Positions 1-8,032 of a stretch of DNA of 64,000 bases are shown piece after piece. Position numbers and translations under genes: made by a program. The stretch is taken from contig JAGWOI010000006.1 in assembly GCA_028870995.1 (NCBI GenBank), positions 19,514 through 83,513 on the forward strand, in the 5' to 3' direction. Below the pieces are notes generated by a model, which saw only the letters and a list, made by a program, of their open reading frames with translations, searched no databases and had not been told where the DNA came from. Each line of letters begins with the position of its first letter. Positions within the stretch are counted from its first letter, which is position 1. Source of the DNA: Candidatus Omnitrophota bacterium (lineage in GTDB: Bacteria; Omnitrophota; Gorgyraeia; Zapsychrales; Fredricksoniimonadaceae).

Positions 1-1
1 T

Positions 2-994
2 ACCTTTATCGATAATTTTCAAGCCATTTTCGATACGGTGTTTAATTGGATACAGGACCTGGCCAATTATTTAGGGGTTCAGGCTAGTCATCCCGGGCCG
101 AATGATGCGGTCGCCATCAAACCGGAAAACGTTTTTGCCATCGGTGTGGACATTGCCAAGAAAATGCTCACCTTGAATTTCAAGTTTAATATATTCAGGG
201 TATTGTTGACGGCTCTGGTCTCGGTTATTTCAGCTGCGACAGTGCTGTATTGTTTTGCCGCCATTGGATTGGAGCTGCTTTTAGTCCAGATAGGCAGCAA
301 GATCATCTTGGCCGGGGGGATCTTTCTCTTGGGTTTTGCGGCCCTGCAATGGACCAGGGATTACGCCGAACGTTACATACACAGTTTCTTTCATTTGGGC
401 ATCAAAATGGTTTTTATTTATATCCTTATCGGTATCGGGTTAAGCTTGGCCCAAAACTGGACCGATGTCCTGAACCGAGCGTCTGTCGATAATCTGATTG
501 ATACCTACATGGCTGTTGTGATGGCTTCCTATATTTATTACAAACTTTGCATTAGGATACCGAACGAAGCGGTGACATGGTTAACGGGAAGGCTGGCCTT
601 AGGTTTTCAGACGGCTCCAGATGTAAAAACAGCGGCGCACGCAATGGGAACCGCGGTTAAAGTCGCGGGCAAAGAGGTTTATAAATCAATTGCCGGTATT
701 CCCAGTGACATTGCCGGCAGGCAGGGGGATGAAAGGGCTTATGCGGCGGCACAGCAGGAGGCCATTGCAAAGTTCAAGGCTGAAGGTAAGACGGTGAGCC
801 CACAGGATATCCGGAAGGAAACTGTCAGGACCCTTGGGGAAGCCAAATGGAACGAGATCGTGGAGGCTACCGGCGGAGCCCAATTAGCCAAGAAGATTAT
901 GACAATTACAGCCAAAGAATATCCCAAACCAAAATCCCGTTCCAAAAAAGACCCTGTGGCCGGATCTAACGACAGGGAGGATTTCTCGATATGA
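2..994 (+). CDS. VirB6/TrbL-like type IV secretion inner-membrane protein. It is 5'-partial: the frame is open to the window edge, and the ORF track starts at a GTG at position 38.
   Basis: It has multiple hydrophobic TM segments followed by a hydrophilic C-terminal tail. It sits immediately upstream of VirB8/9/10/11 homologues, its stop overlaps the next gene's start (ATGA), and there is no in-frame stop between position 2 and the GTG at 38. Confidence 0.5.
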   Translation, partial: TFIDNFQAIFDTVFNWIQDLANYLGVQASHPGPNDAVAIKPENVFAIGVDIAKKMLTLNFKFNIFRVLLTALVSVISAATVLYCFAAIGLELLLVQIGSKIILAGGIFLLGFAALQWTRDYAERYIHSFFHLGIKMVFIYILIGIGLSLAQNWTDVLNRASVDNLIDTYMAVVMASYIYYKLCIRIPNEAVTWLTGRLALGFQTAPDVKTAAHAMGTAVKVAGKEVYKSIAGIPSDIAGRQGDERAYAAAQQEAIAKFKAEGKTVSPQDIRKETVRTLGEAKWNEIVEATGGAQLAKKIMTITAKEYPKPKSRSKKDPVAGSNDREDFSI

Positions 995-1656
995 ATCCCA
1001 AGGTTGCCGACTCTTATATCAAGGCTCGTCAGGAATATGATGAAATCACCCATAACATCAATGCTTCCAAACGGAATTGGCAGCGGATGTCTTTTGTGCT
1101 TGGGCTTGCCCTAACTGTCAGCATCACCAGCAATATTTTTACCATCAAAAGAGCACATGTCATTCCTTACATTGTCCAAGTCGACAATATAGGCAGGGCC
1201 CTGGCTGTCAATGAAGCCAAGGAAGAGCCGATGAACGATCAGCGTGTTATCAAAGCCTTTGTTTACCAATACATTGATATGTCCCGCTCCGTCATTCCAG
1301 ACCCCGAAGCCTTGCGTAAAAATCTGTCGCAGGTTTACCGGGAATCCATACGGTCGGTTCAGAGGAATTTTCTGGACCCCTTTTATAAAGACAACAATCC
1401 TTTTGACTATGCGCAACAAAAGGGGACCAAGCACATTGAGCTATTGGTTTTCCTGAAAGAGGCCAGGAACACTTACTCCGTCGAATGGAGGGAGATAGAG
1501 CGAAATTATGACAATCAGGTGCTGGGAGAGTCTCATTATAAGGCCCTGGTTTCAGTCATCCAAATCCCTCCTGTCAAAGAGGACCAATATAGGGAAGACC
1601 CGTTAAATCCTTTTGGTTTATACGTCACTTCCTTGTCATGGGCAAGATTAACGTGA
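991..1656 (+). CDS. VirB8-like type IV secretion protein
   Basis: It has the bitopic layout of VirB8: a cytoplasmic N-terminus, one TM segment (FVLGLALTVSITSNIF), then a periplasmic domain. The C-terminus carries NPFGLYVTS, which resembles the conserved VirB8 NPxGxxVTxY motif. Confidence 0.65.
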   Translation: MNPKVADSYIKARQEYDEITHNINASKRNWQRMSFVLGLALTVSITSNIFTIKRAHVIPYIVQVDNIGRALAVNEAKEEPMNDQRVIKAFVYQYIDMSRSVIPDPEALRKNLSQVYRESIRSVQRNFLDPFYKDNNPFDYAQQKGTKHIELLVFLKEARNTYSVEWREIERNYDNQVLGESHYKALVSVIQIPPVKEDQYREDPLNPFGLYVTSLSWARLT

Positions 1657-1664
1657 GGGACATC

Positions 1665-2615
1665 ATGAAAAACACTTTACTGGTAGCCGTTATCTTATTA
1701 AGTGCCGGTTGTGCGGGGATACCTGAAAAAGGACCGGCAGGGGATGACCAGCCCTTGATTCAGCTGTCCAGTGCTATTCAGGGACAATGGACGCCTCCAG
1801 AGAATTCGGAACCTGGTTTTGAGGACATAAGTTTATCATCTCAAAGAAGGCTGCAAGTCCTGACCAACAAGATGGCCGTTGAGAAAGAAACCCGGAATTA
1901 TATGAATAATGGCCAGGCTGATGTGATCACGCAGCCGGATGGGACGATATTATATCCTTATGGTTTGGCTCAAGCCAATCTCATCGCCCAAAGGATGATG
2001 TATAGTAAAATTATTTTACAGGAAGGGGAAAAGATAATGTCTGCCGCAGCCGGCGATACGACCCGATGGAATATACTGCCCAATTATATCGGTAATGCCT
2101 CTTCTTATACTCCCGTGGTCCTGGTTAAGCCGTTAGTGGGTGGATTGCAAACCAGCCTTTCGATCATTACAGACAAGAGGGATTATGATATCAGCATGAA
2201 GTCCGTGGATTCGGGGGATTATACGGTCCGGATCGGTTTTTATTATCCTCAGGACATGGCGGATGCGATCAGGGTGGGATTACCGCAGGATAAAATCGAA
2301 AATAAAAACAGCCGGCAGCCTAGAATAAACATCGAAAATATCAAATATGATTATCGGATCAAGGGAAACCCAAGGCTTAGGTGGTACCCCACTAAAGTCT
2401 TTGACGACGGCCGTAAAGTATTCATCCGAATGCCCGATCAGATAGATCGATGGCAATTGCCGGTTTTTATGGCCATTGACCGGAGAGGGGAAATGGAAAT
2501 GGTCAATTACCGTTATTACAAACCTTACTTTATCGTGGATACCATTTTTGATCGAGGCATCCTTATGCTGGGCACGGATAGATACCGGCAGACCGTACAA
2601 TTGACTAGAGTATAA
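1665..2615 (+). CDS. VirB9/TrbG-like type IV secretion lipoprotein. I moved the start to the ATG at 1665, which follows a GAGGGA RBS.
   Basis: The N-terminus is a lipoprotein signal with a lipobox (LLSAGC). The C-terminal domain (KYDYRIKGNPRLRWYPTKVFDDGRKVFIRMP) is typical of the VirB9/CagX/TrbG C-terminus. Confidence 0.65.
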   Translation: MKNTLLVAVILLSAGCAGIPEKGPAGDDQPLIQLSSAIQGQWTPPENSEPGFEDISLSSQRRLQVLTNKMAVEKETRNYMNNGQADVITQPDGTILYPYGLAQANLIAQRMMYSKIILQEGEKIMSAAAGDTTRWNILPNYIGNASSYTPVVLVKPLVGGLQTSLSIITDKRDYDISMKSVDSGDYTVRIGFYYPQDMADAIRVGLPQDKIENKNSRQPRINIENIKYDYRIKGNPRLRWYPTKVFDDGRKVFIRMPDQIDRWQLPVFMAIDRRGEMEMVNYRYYKPYFIVDTIFDRGILMLGTDRYRQTVQLTRV

Positions 2616-3890
2616 ATGTTTAATCAGGCGCCTGAGAAAATCGTTGCGACCAACCGTTTGCCGGTAATTGTCGGTATTATTGTTTTCATCCTGGTCATGG
2701 CCGTTTTCGCGTATAAGTCTCAAATGCATGCAAAGGCACCTGCCACAGAGAGTCAACCCAAGCCATCCATTGATGCGTCTTCAAAGGCGCTGTCGGGAAA
2801 CTGGTTTAATGAGAAAAAATTCAAGGATATCAAAATAAACACCAACCTGGACGTACATAAGCCTAGTCTTAGAGAAATCGAAACTCAATTGGTCTCCGAC
2901 CAGGTGATGGCTTTGAAAAAAGAGGAAATGCAAGATTCCTATGAGACACAACTTGAGGTCAAGAAAATCGAGGATAAGAATATGATCGAAGAAAAGAAGC
3001 TCGAGCTGGAAGCCGATAAATCGCCTTTGAGTATCGAGGTGCCGCCTCCACCGGGAACTAAGGCTGACCCGAAAGCATCAACGCACCAGGATCCCTTGAC
3101 CGACAGCCTGCATGAAATCATTAACATGGCCAAATCATCGAGCCCGGACGAAAAACTATCAGCCTTAGGCGAGGCCGGGGCACAATTGGTCAATAATATT
3201 AATAATCAGGAGGGTAAACAATCGTTTTTGAAGAATATCGATACGGGCGGAGATTATTTGGAAAGCACCCTGCAAAAACCCCGTTCCCGTTATGAGATCA
3301 AGGCCGGCAGCTACATCCCCGCCGCCCTTATTACGGGGATCAACTCGGACTTGCCGGGTAATGTCAGCGCCCAAGTCACGGAAAATGTTTTTGATACGAT
3401 CACAGGAAATTATTTGTTGATTCCGCAGGGGGCGAGGCTGGTCGGTGAATACAACAGTAATTTAAGCTTTGGTCAAATGCGCGTCCAGGTGGTATGGAAA
3501 AGGATCATTTTTCCCGACGGAAAGAGCCTCGATCTTAAAAAGATGCAAGGAGCGGATATTTCAGGGTATACAGGATTTCATGACCAGATCAACAATCATT
3601 ATTTTAGGATTTATGGGAGCGCCGTCTTGCTGAGTTTCATGGGGGCAGGGTACGACATCTTAAATCAGGATAATCGGCAAAATCAGACTTACGAGAGCCC
3701 GCGTTCTATCGTTGCCGCCAACGTCGGCCAAAAGCTTTCCGATGTCAGCAGTCAAGCGCTGGAAAAGAATATGGATGTCCAACCCACGATCATCATTAAT
3801 CCGGGTTATAAGTTCAATATTATGGTGATTAAGGACATGGTTTTGGAGAATATCAAGGATGCTCAGGGAGCACTGGGTTACTCAGAATAA
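2616..3890 (+). CDS. VirB10/TrbI-like type IV secretion protein
   Basis: It has an N-terminal TM segment, a Pro/Lys/Glu-rich linker, and a C-terminal TrbI/VirB10 domain (GSYIPAALITGINSDLPGNVSAQVTENVFD...LIPQGARLVGEY...IFPDGKSLDL). It begins directly after the VirB9 stop. Confidence 0.8.
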   Translation: MFNQAPEKIVATNRLPVIVGIIVFILVMAVFAYKSQMHAKAPATESQPKPSIDASSKALSGNWFNEKKFKDIKINTNLDVHKPSLREIETQLVSDQVMALKKEEMQDSYETQLEVKKIEDKNMIEEKKLELEADKSPLSIEVPPPPGTKADPKASTHQDPLTDSLHEIINMAKSSSPDEKLSALGEAGAQLVNNINNQEGKQSFLKNIDTGGDYLESTLQKPRSRYEIKAGSYIPAALITGINSDLPGNVSAQVTENVFDTITGNYLLIPQGARLVGEYNSNLSFGQMRVQVVWKRIIFPDGKSLDLKKMQGADISGYTGFHDQINNHYFRIYGSAVLLSFMGAGYDILNQDNRQNQTYESPRSIVAANVGQKLSDVSSQALEKNMDVQPTIIINPGYKFNIMVIKDMVLENIKDAQGALGYSE

Positions 3891-4824
3891 ATTGAAACTG
3901 GATTTAGGAGAGCATGTTCTGTCGGCCCTTTTGGATGAGGAAGTCTACGAAGTCCTGCTCAATCCTGACGGGAAGCTATGGGTCGACGGTTATCGGGGCA
4001 AACGACGCTATGGTTCGATGGCGGCATCGGCGGCCCAAAATTTGATAAATACGATAGCAAGCGTCTCGAATGAGACCGTCACCCACCGCAATCCCAGTTT
4101 TTCCGGTGAGCTGTGGATCGAGATGGAAGGAGAATTTAAATTGTTCCGTTTTCAGGCCTTTATACCGCCGGTGGTCGCGTATCCCGCATTTGCCATCAGA
4201 AAAAGGGCGGGGAGAACCATTGCTTTGGAACAGTTTGTCCGGGATGAGATCCTTAACCCGCTCCAGGGAAAGATCATTAAAGACTTTGTTGAACGAAGAA
4301 AATCCATCATTGTCATTGGCGGAACTCAATCCGGCAAAACGACCCTGTGCAACGCGATCTTGGACTGTGTGGCCAAGGTCCATCCCGATGACAGGGTCGT
4401 TCTGATTGAGGACACCCAGGAACTGCAGTGTAATGTGGAGGACTGTGTAGCCCTGCGCTCGTCGCCTTTGCGTTCCATGAATGATTTAATTTTCGATTCC
4501 ATGCGAATGAGGCCGGACCGTATAGTTATCGGAGAGGTGCGAGGCAAGGAGGCGTATTCGCTCATTAAGGCGTGGAATACAGGACACCCCGGCGGTATCA
4601 GTACACTGCATGCCAACTCGACCTTAAGCGGTCTTTTAAGGCTGGAGCAACTGATCCTGGAAGCCGGCGTGCCGGCCTTGCCCGAAGCCGTCGCGGAAGC
4701 GGTGAACCTGCTTGTTTTTATCCAAAAAACCAACAAAGCCAAAAAGGGCCGCCAGGTGACCGATATGTTGGAGTTGAAGGGCTATGACAAGACCCATGGT
4801 TATCTGACCGCGGCACCCGCCTAA
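3859..4824 (+). CDS. VirB11/TrbB-family secretion ATPase
   Basis: It has a Walker A motif (IGGTQSGKTT), a Walker B/Asp box (VVLIEDTQEL) and a His box (IGEVRGKEA...GHPGGISTLHANS), all typical of VirB11 traffic ATPases. It overlaps the end of virB10. Confidence 0.85.
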   Translation: MLREHWVTQNKLKLDLGEHVLSALLDEEVYEVLLNPDGKLWVDGYRGKRRYGSMAASAAQNLINTIASVSNETVTHRNPSFSGELWIEMEGEFKLFRFQAFIPPVVAYPAFAIRKRAGRTIALEQFVRDEILNPLQGKIIKDFVERRKSIIVIGGTQSGKTTLCNAILDCVAKVHPDDRVVLIEDTQELQCNVEDCVALRSSPLRSMNDLIFDSMRMRPDRIVIGEVRGKEAYSLIKAWNTGHPGGISTLHANSTLSGLLRLEQLILEAGVPALPEAVAEAVNLLVFIQKTNKAKKGRQVTDMLELKGYDKTHGYLTAAPA

Positions 4825-4902
4825 AAGACCTCCGGGATAGATTGCATTTGCCCGTCTGTTTATGTAGAATAAAATCAAACACTTCTTAAGGAGGTACCAA
4901 GC

Positions 4903-5250
4903 ATGCTGATACGCAAGGCGTTTCTCTTCTGTTTATTGGCCGCGGCTTTTCTGCCGCTTCGGGCCTACAGCCAGGAGTCGCTCATGACGGTTTTTGGGAC
5001 CGTGGTTTCCATGGACATCGAAAGCGGGGAACTCAATGTCAAGACCGATAAGGGCCTTATGGTCTTTTACATTTCCACTGAATCGAAACTGCTTCAGTTC
5101 ACGCATGCGATGTCTTCCCTGGAAATCGCCAACGGAGATCCCGTGGAAATCCAGTATACCAGCGCCGAAGGAAAGAATACCGTCATGAAACTGGTGGATA
5201 CCAACCAGGATATCAATCTTAAGTCCATGAAAAGCGGCTCCATATGGTAA
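4903..5250 (+). CDS. Small secreted protein of unknown function. It is a paralogue of the ORF at 46632..46937.
   Basis: It has a strong RBS (AAGGAGG) and a cleavable signal peptide (MLIRKAFLFCLLAAAFLPLRAYSQ). The mature part shares a pattern (GTV...ELxxGExVxxQY..GxN) with the ORF at 46632. Confidence 0.5.
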   Translation: MLIRKAFLFCLLAAAFLPLRAYSQESLMTVFGTVVSMDIESGELNVKTDKGLMVFYISTESKLLQFTHAMSSLEIANGDPVEIQYTSAEGKNTVMKLVDTNQDINLKSMKSGSIW

Positions 5251-5744
5251 ATGTCTTAAGCAGGATGGCTGTGGTCCTTTTGGGGGCGGTTTGCTTTCAG
5301 GCCATCGCCCTGGCCCAGGGGGCCGGCCAGCCCTCCGACGGAGTTCTCGTTTCGGGTGCCATCCAAGACCAGGAGGCCGTTTCCGCTACACTCATCCATG
5401 ACCAGGACCATGCCTCCCATCCGCCCGCGGAACAACAGCGGGACAACCCTGCCTCGCCGCCAGTCGATGATATCGTTCTTAAAGCCACTGAATCCATAGT
5501 CTCTTCCATGACGGTTAATTTAAAATTGACCTCTGACCAGGTCGATGCGGTCACGCCGATCATCCAGGACAACATAGCTAAAACAAGGGCCCTGCAGCAA
5601 AGCCTTCAGCATGGCGCCATCGACAGTAAGGCCATGATTAAGCAAAGGCAGCGGTTGTTCGATGAGGAGAACCGTAAGCTTGCTTCCGTCCTTAATCGAG
5701 ACCAAATGAAGGGCTGGGCCGTTATGCAAAGCGACTCGGAATGA
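5244..5744 (+). CDS. Periplasmic LTXXQ-motif protein, similar to Spy/CpxP
   Basis: It has a signal peptide. It carries an LTSDQ (LTxxQ) motif and a second helical repeat, as seen in the CpxP/Spy family. It overlaps the upstream ORF by 7 nt. Confidence 0.4.
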   Translation: MVNVLSRMAVVLLGAVCFQAIALAQGAGQPSDGVLVSGAIQDQEAVSATLIHDQDHASHPPAEQQRDNPASPPVDDIVLKATESIVSSMTVNLKLTSDQVDAVTPIIQDNIAKTRALQQSLQHGAIDSKAMIKQRQRLFDEENRKLASVLNRDQMKGWAVMQSDSE

Positions 5745-6583
5745 AAAAGTTTTTTTCATGGGCGGTCACGATTTCAGCTGTCTTGATCATTGTTTGGTTC
5801 GTGCGGCTGCTGCTTGAATCCAAAGAAGCCTTAAGATGGCCCCAAATCCCGGGCACGGTCATCTCATCCTCTCTGACCATCGATCATTTGCCTTCTTATT
5901 TGGATTGGAGCGGGGAACCCTGGCGCTGGTATGGGGTGGATGTCCGTTATCAATATTCACTTGGAGACATTACATATACCTCGAACAGCGTGGCCATCCG
6001 CAACACCGGCTATAGAAATCCCAAAGCCGCCTTGAAAATCATGAACGCCTACCGCCGGATGCGTAACGTCGAGGTATTTTATAACCCGGGTGATCCCAAG
6101 CAGTCTTTTCTTGAGCCCGCCAACTTAGGGGACCTTTTTATGCCGGGCACTCTGGCGTTCCTTATGCTCGTACTCTGGCTGTTGACCTGTGCCGAAGGTC
6201 CCCTGGAACTCAAGCCTTATGATGTCCATGATTACCAGCATTGGGGCAATTTCTACCTAAAGAGGAATAAATTTGACGAAGCCCTGCAGGAATTTAATAA
6301 AATCATCGAGGTCAGGCCTAATTTGTCCCAGGGGTATAAGATCAGGGGTAACTTATATTTTCAGCATGAAAAATGGGACGAGGCCATCGCTGACTTTAAT
6401 CAAGCCAAGGCCATCGATCCCACCGACCCGCAGGTTTTTCTTAAATTAGGCCAGGCCCATTTGGCCAAAAAGCAATACAATAAGGCCTGGGAACATATCC
6501 GCAAAGCCATGGACATGGGCCTGAAGGTCAAGTCCGAGATCCTTGAAGAAATCCAGTATAATGTCAAACCAGAAGAGGAGTGA
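5741..6583 (+). CDS. Membrane protein with an N-terminal DUF3592 domain and C-terminal TPR repeats
   Basis: It has the TM, ~110-aa loop, TM architecture with YNPGDPKQSFLEP that is typical of DUF3592. At least three TPR-like repeats follow (FDEALQEFNKIIEVRPN..., WDEAIADFNQAKAIDP...). Its ATGA overlaps the upstream ORF. Confidence 0.55.
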   Translation: MKKFFSWAVTISAVLIIVWFVRLLLESKEALRWPQIPGTVISSSLTIDHLPSYLDWSGEPWRWYGVDVRYQYSLGDITYTSNSVAIRNTGYRNPKAALKIMNAYRRMRNVEVFYNPGDPKQSFLEPANLGDLFMPGTLAFLMLVLWLLTCAEGPLELKPYDVHDYQHWGNFYLKRNKFDEALQEFNKIIEVRPNLSQGYKIRGNLYFQHEKWDEAIADFNQAKAIDPTDPQVFLKLGQAHLAKKQYNKAWEHIRKAMDMGLKVKSEILEEIQYNVKPEEE

Positions 6584-6589
6584 CATCCA

Positions 6590-8032
6590 ATGCAACCGCC
6601 ATTAAAGCTTTCTTCCCATAAAACTAAAATTGTCTGTACCATTGGTCCGGCATCGTCCGCGCTGCCCAGGCTGACGGCCATGGTGGAAAACGGGATGAAC
6701 ATCGCCCGTCTGAACTGTTCCCATGGCGAATTCAAGGAGCATGCGGAAAACATCCGCCATATCCGCGAGGTGGCCTCCCGTTTGGGCCGCATGGTCAGCA
6801 TTTTTATCGATCTGCCCGGCGTCAAGATGCGTATCGGCCGCCTTCAGCATGAGCCGGTGATGCTTAAAAAAGATGAAAAGGTGATCCTGACGACCAGAGA
6901 CGTGCCCGGGACGGACGTGCTTATCCCTGTCGAATACAAGCAGTTGGCCCGCAGCGTGTCCAAGGGCAAGACTATTTTTCTTAACGATGGATTTATCCAA
7001 TTGCTGGTGGAGCGGGTGTGCGGTCAGGACGTAATGTGCAAGGTTCTGGTCGGCGGACGGCTCACCACGCACAAAGGTCTTAATCTTCCGGGAGCCAAGC
7101 TTAATATCAATCCCGTCACCGAAAGGGACCTGGAGATCATTGAATTCGGCTTGAAACACGGCGTCAATACCTTCGGGCTTTCTTTTATCGAAAGACCGAA
7201 GGATATCGTCAAGATCAGGGAATTTGCCAGGAAGAAAGGCCATTCGGTATATTTGATCGCCAAGATCGAACGGCGGGGGGCTATTGAGAATTTCGATGAG
7301 ATCCTTAAAGTGGCCGACGCGGTCATGATCGCGCGGGGTGACCTGGGTGTTGAGGTCCCGATCGAAGAGGTGCCGGGGATCCAGAAGCGGCTTATCCAAA
7401 AGGCCAATCTCATGGGCCGCCCTGTGATCACCGCCACCCAGATGCTGGAATCCATGACTCAGAACGTGCGCCCCACCCGTGCGGAGGTCAACGATGTGGC
7501 CAATGCCATCCTGGACGGGACTGATGCCGTCATGCTTTCTCAGGAAACCGCGGTGGGCGATTATCCCGTTGAGACCGTGCAGATGATGGCCAAGATAGCC
7601 GCCACCACCGAGGCCCAGCGTGAAGCCGGGGAGCTTTTCGATGAGGGCATGCAGGTGGACGACAAGCTTTCCCGCAGCGGAGAGGCCCTCACGGTGACGG
7701 ACGTGACGGCGCTAAACGCCATCAGTTCGGCCCGCGAATTGGATGCCCGTTATATCGTCTCGCCAACTACCAGCGGCAGCACCACCCGCCGCATATCCAG
7801 GTACAAGCCGCATTGCTGGATCTTGTGCTTCTGCATCCATCCCAAGGTCTGTGATTTTGTGAATTTTTCTTACGGGGTGCAGGCGTTCTTTTTGAACAAG
7901 AAAATTACGCACGAGCTTTTATTCAAGACCATTCAGGAGTTTAAACTGGTCAAAAGGGGCGACACCGTCATTTTTACGGAGCGGCGGCTGTCCAAGGACC
8001 ATACTGATTCCTTGTGCATTGTCAAGGTATAG
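6590..8032 (+). CDS. pyk: Pyruvate kinase
   Basis: The N-terminus (KTKIVCTIGPASS...NIARLNCSHGE), the MIARGDLGVE motif, and a C-terminal allosteric domain are all present. At 480 aa the length fits. Confidence 0.9.
   Translation: MQPPLKLSSHKTKIVCTIGPASSALPRLTAMVENGMNIARLNCSHGEFKEHAENIRHIREVASRLGRMVSIFIDLPGVKMRIGRLQHEPVMLKKDEKVILTTRDVPGTDVLIPVEYKQLARSVSKGKTIFLNDGFIQLLVERVCGQDVMCKVLVGGRLTTHKGLNLPGAKLNINPVTERDLEIIEFGLKHGVNTFGLSFIERPKDIVKIREFARKKGHSVYLIAKIERRGAIENFDEILKVADAVMIARGDLGVEVPIEEVPGIQKRLIQKANLMGRPVITATQMLESMTQNVRPTRAEVNDVANAILDGTDAVMLSQETAVGDYPVETVQMMAKIAATTEAQREAGELFDEGMQVDDKLSRSGEALTVTDVTALNAISSARELDARYIVSPTTSGSTTRRISRYKPHCWILCFCIHPKVCDFVNFSYGVQAFFLNKKITHELLFKTIQEFKLVKRGDTVIFTERRLSKDHTDSLCIVKV

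Noticed and set aside
1-6583. Boundary of an integrated mobile element (att repeats, integrase or tRNA) near the T4SS genes
   Set aside because: No integrase, transposase, tRNA gene or obvious direct repeat flanks the T4SS block within the window. pyk and other housekeeping genes follow directly. A mobile-element call cannot be supported from this window alone.
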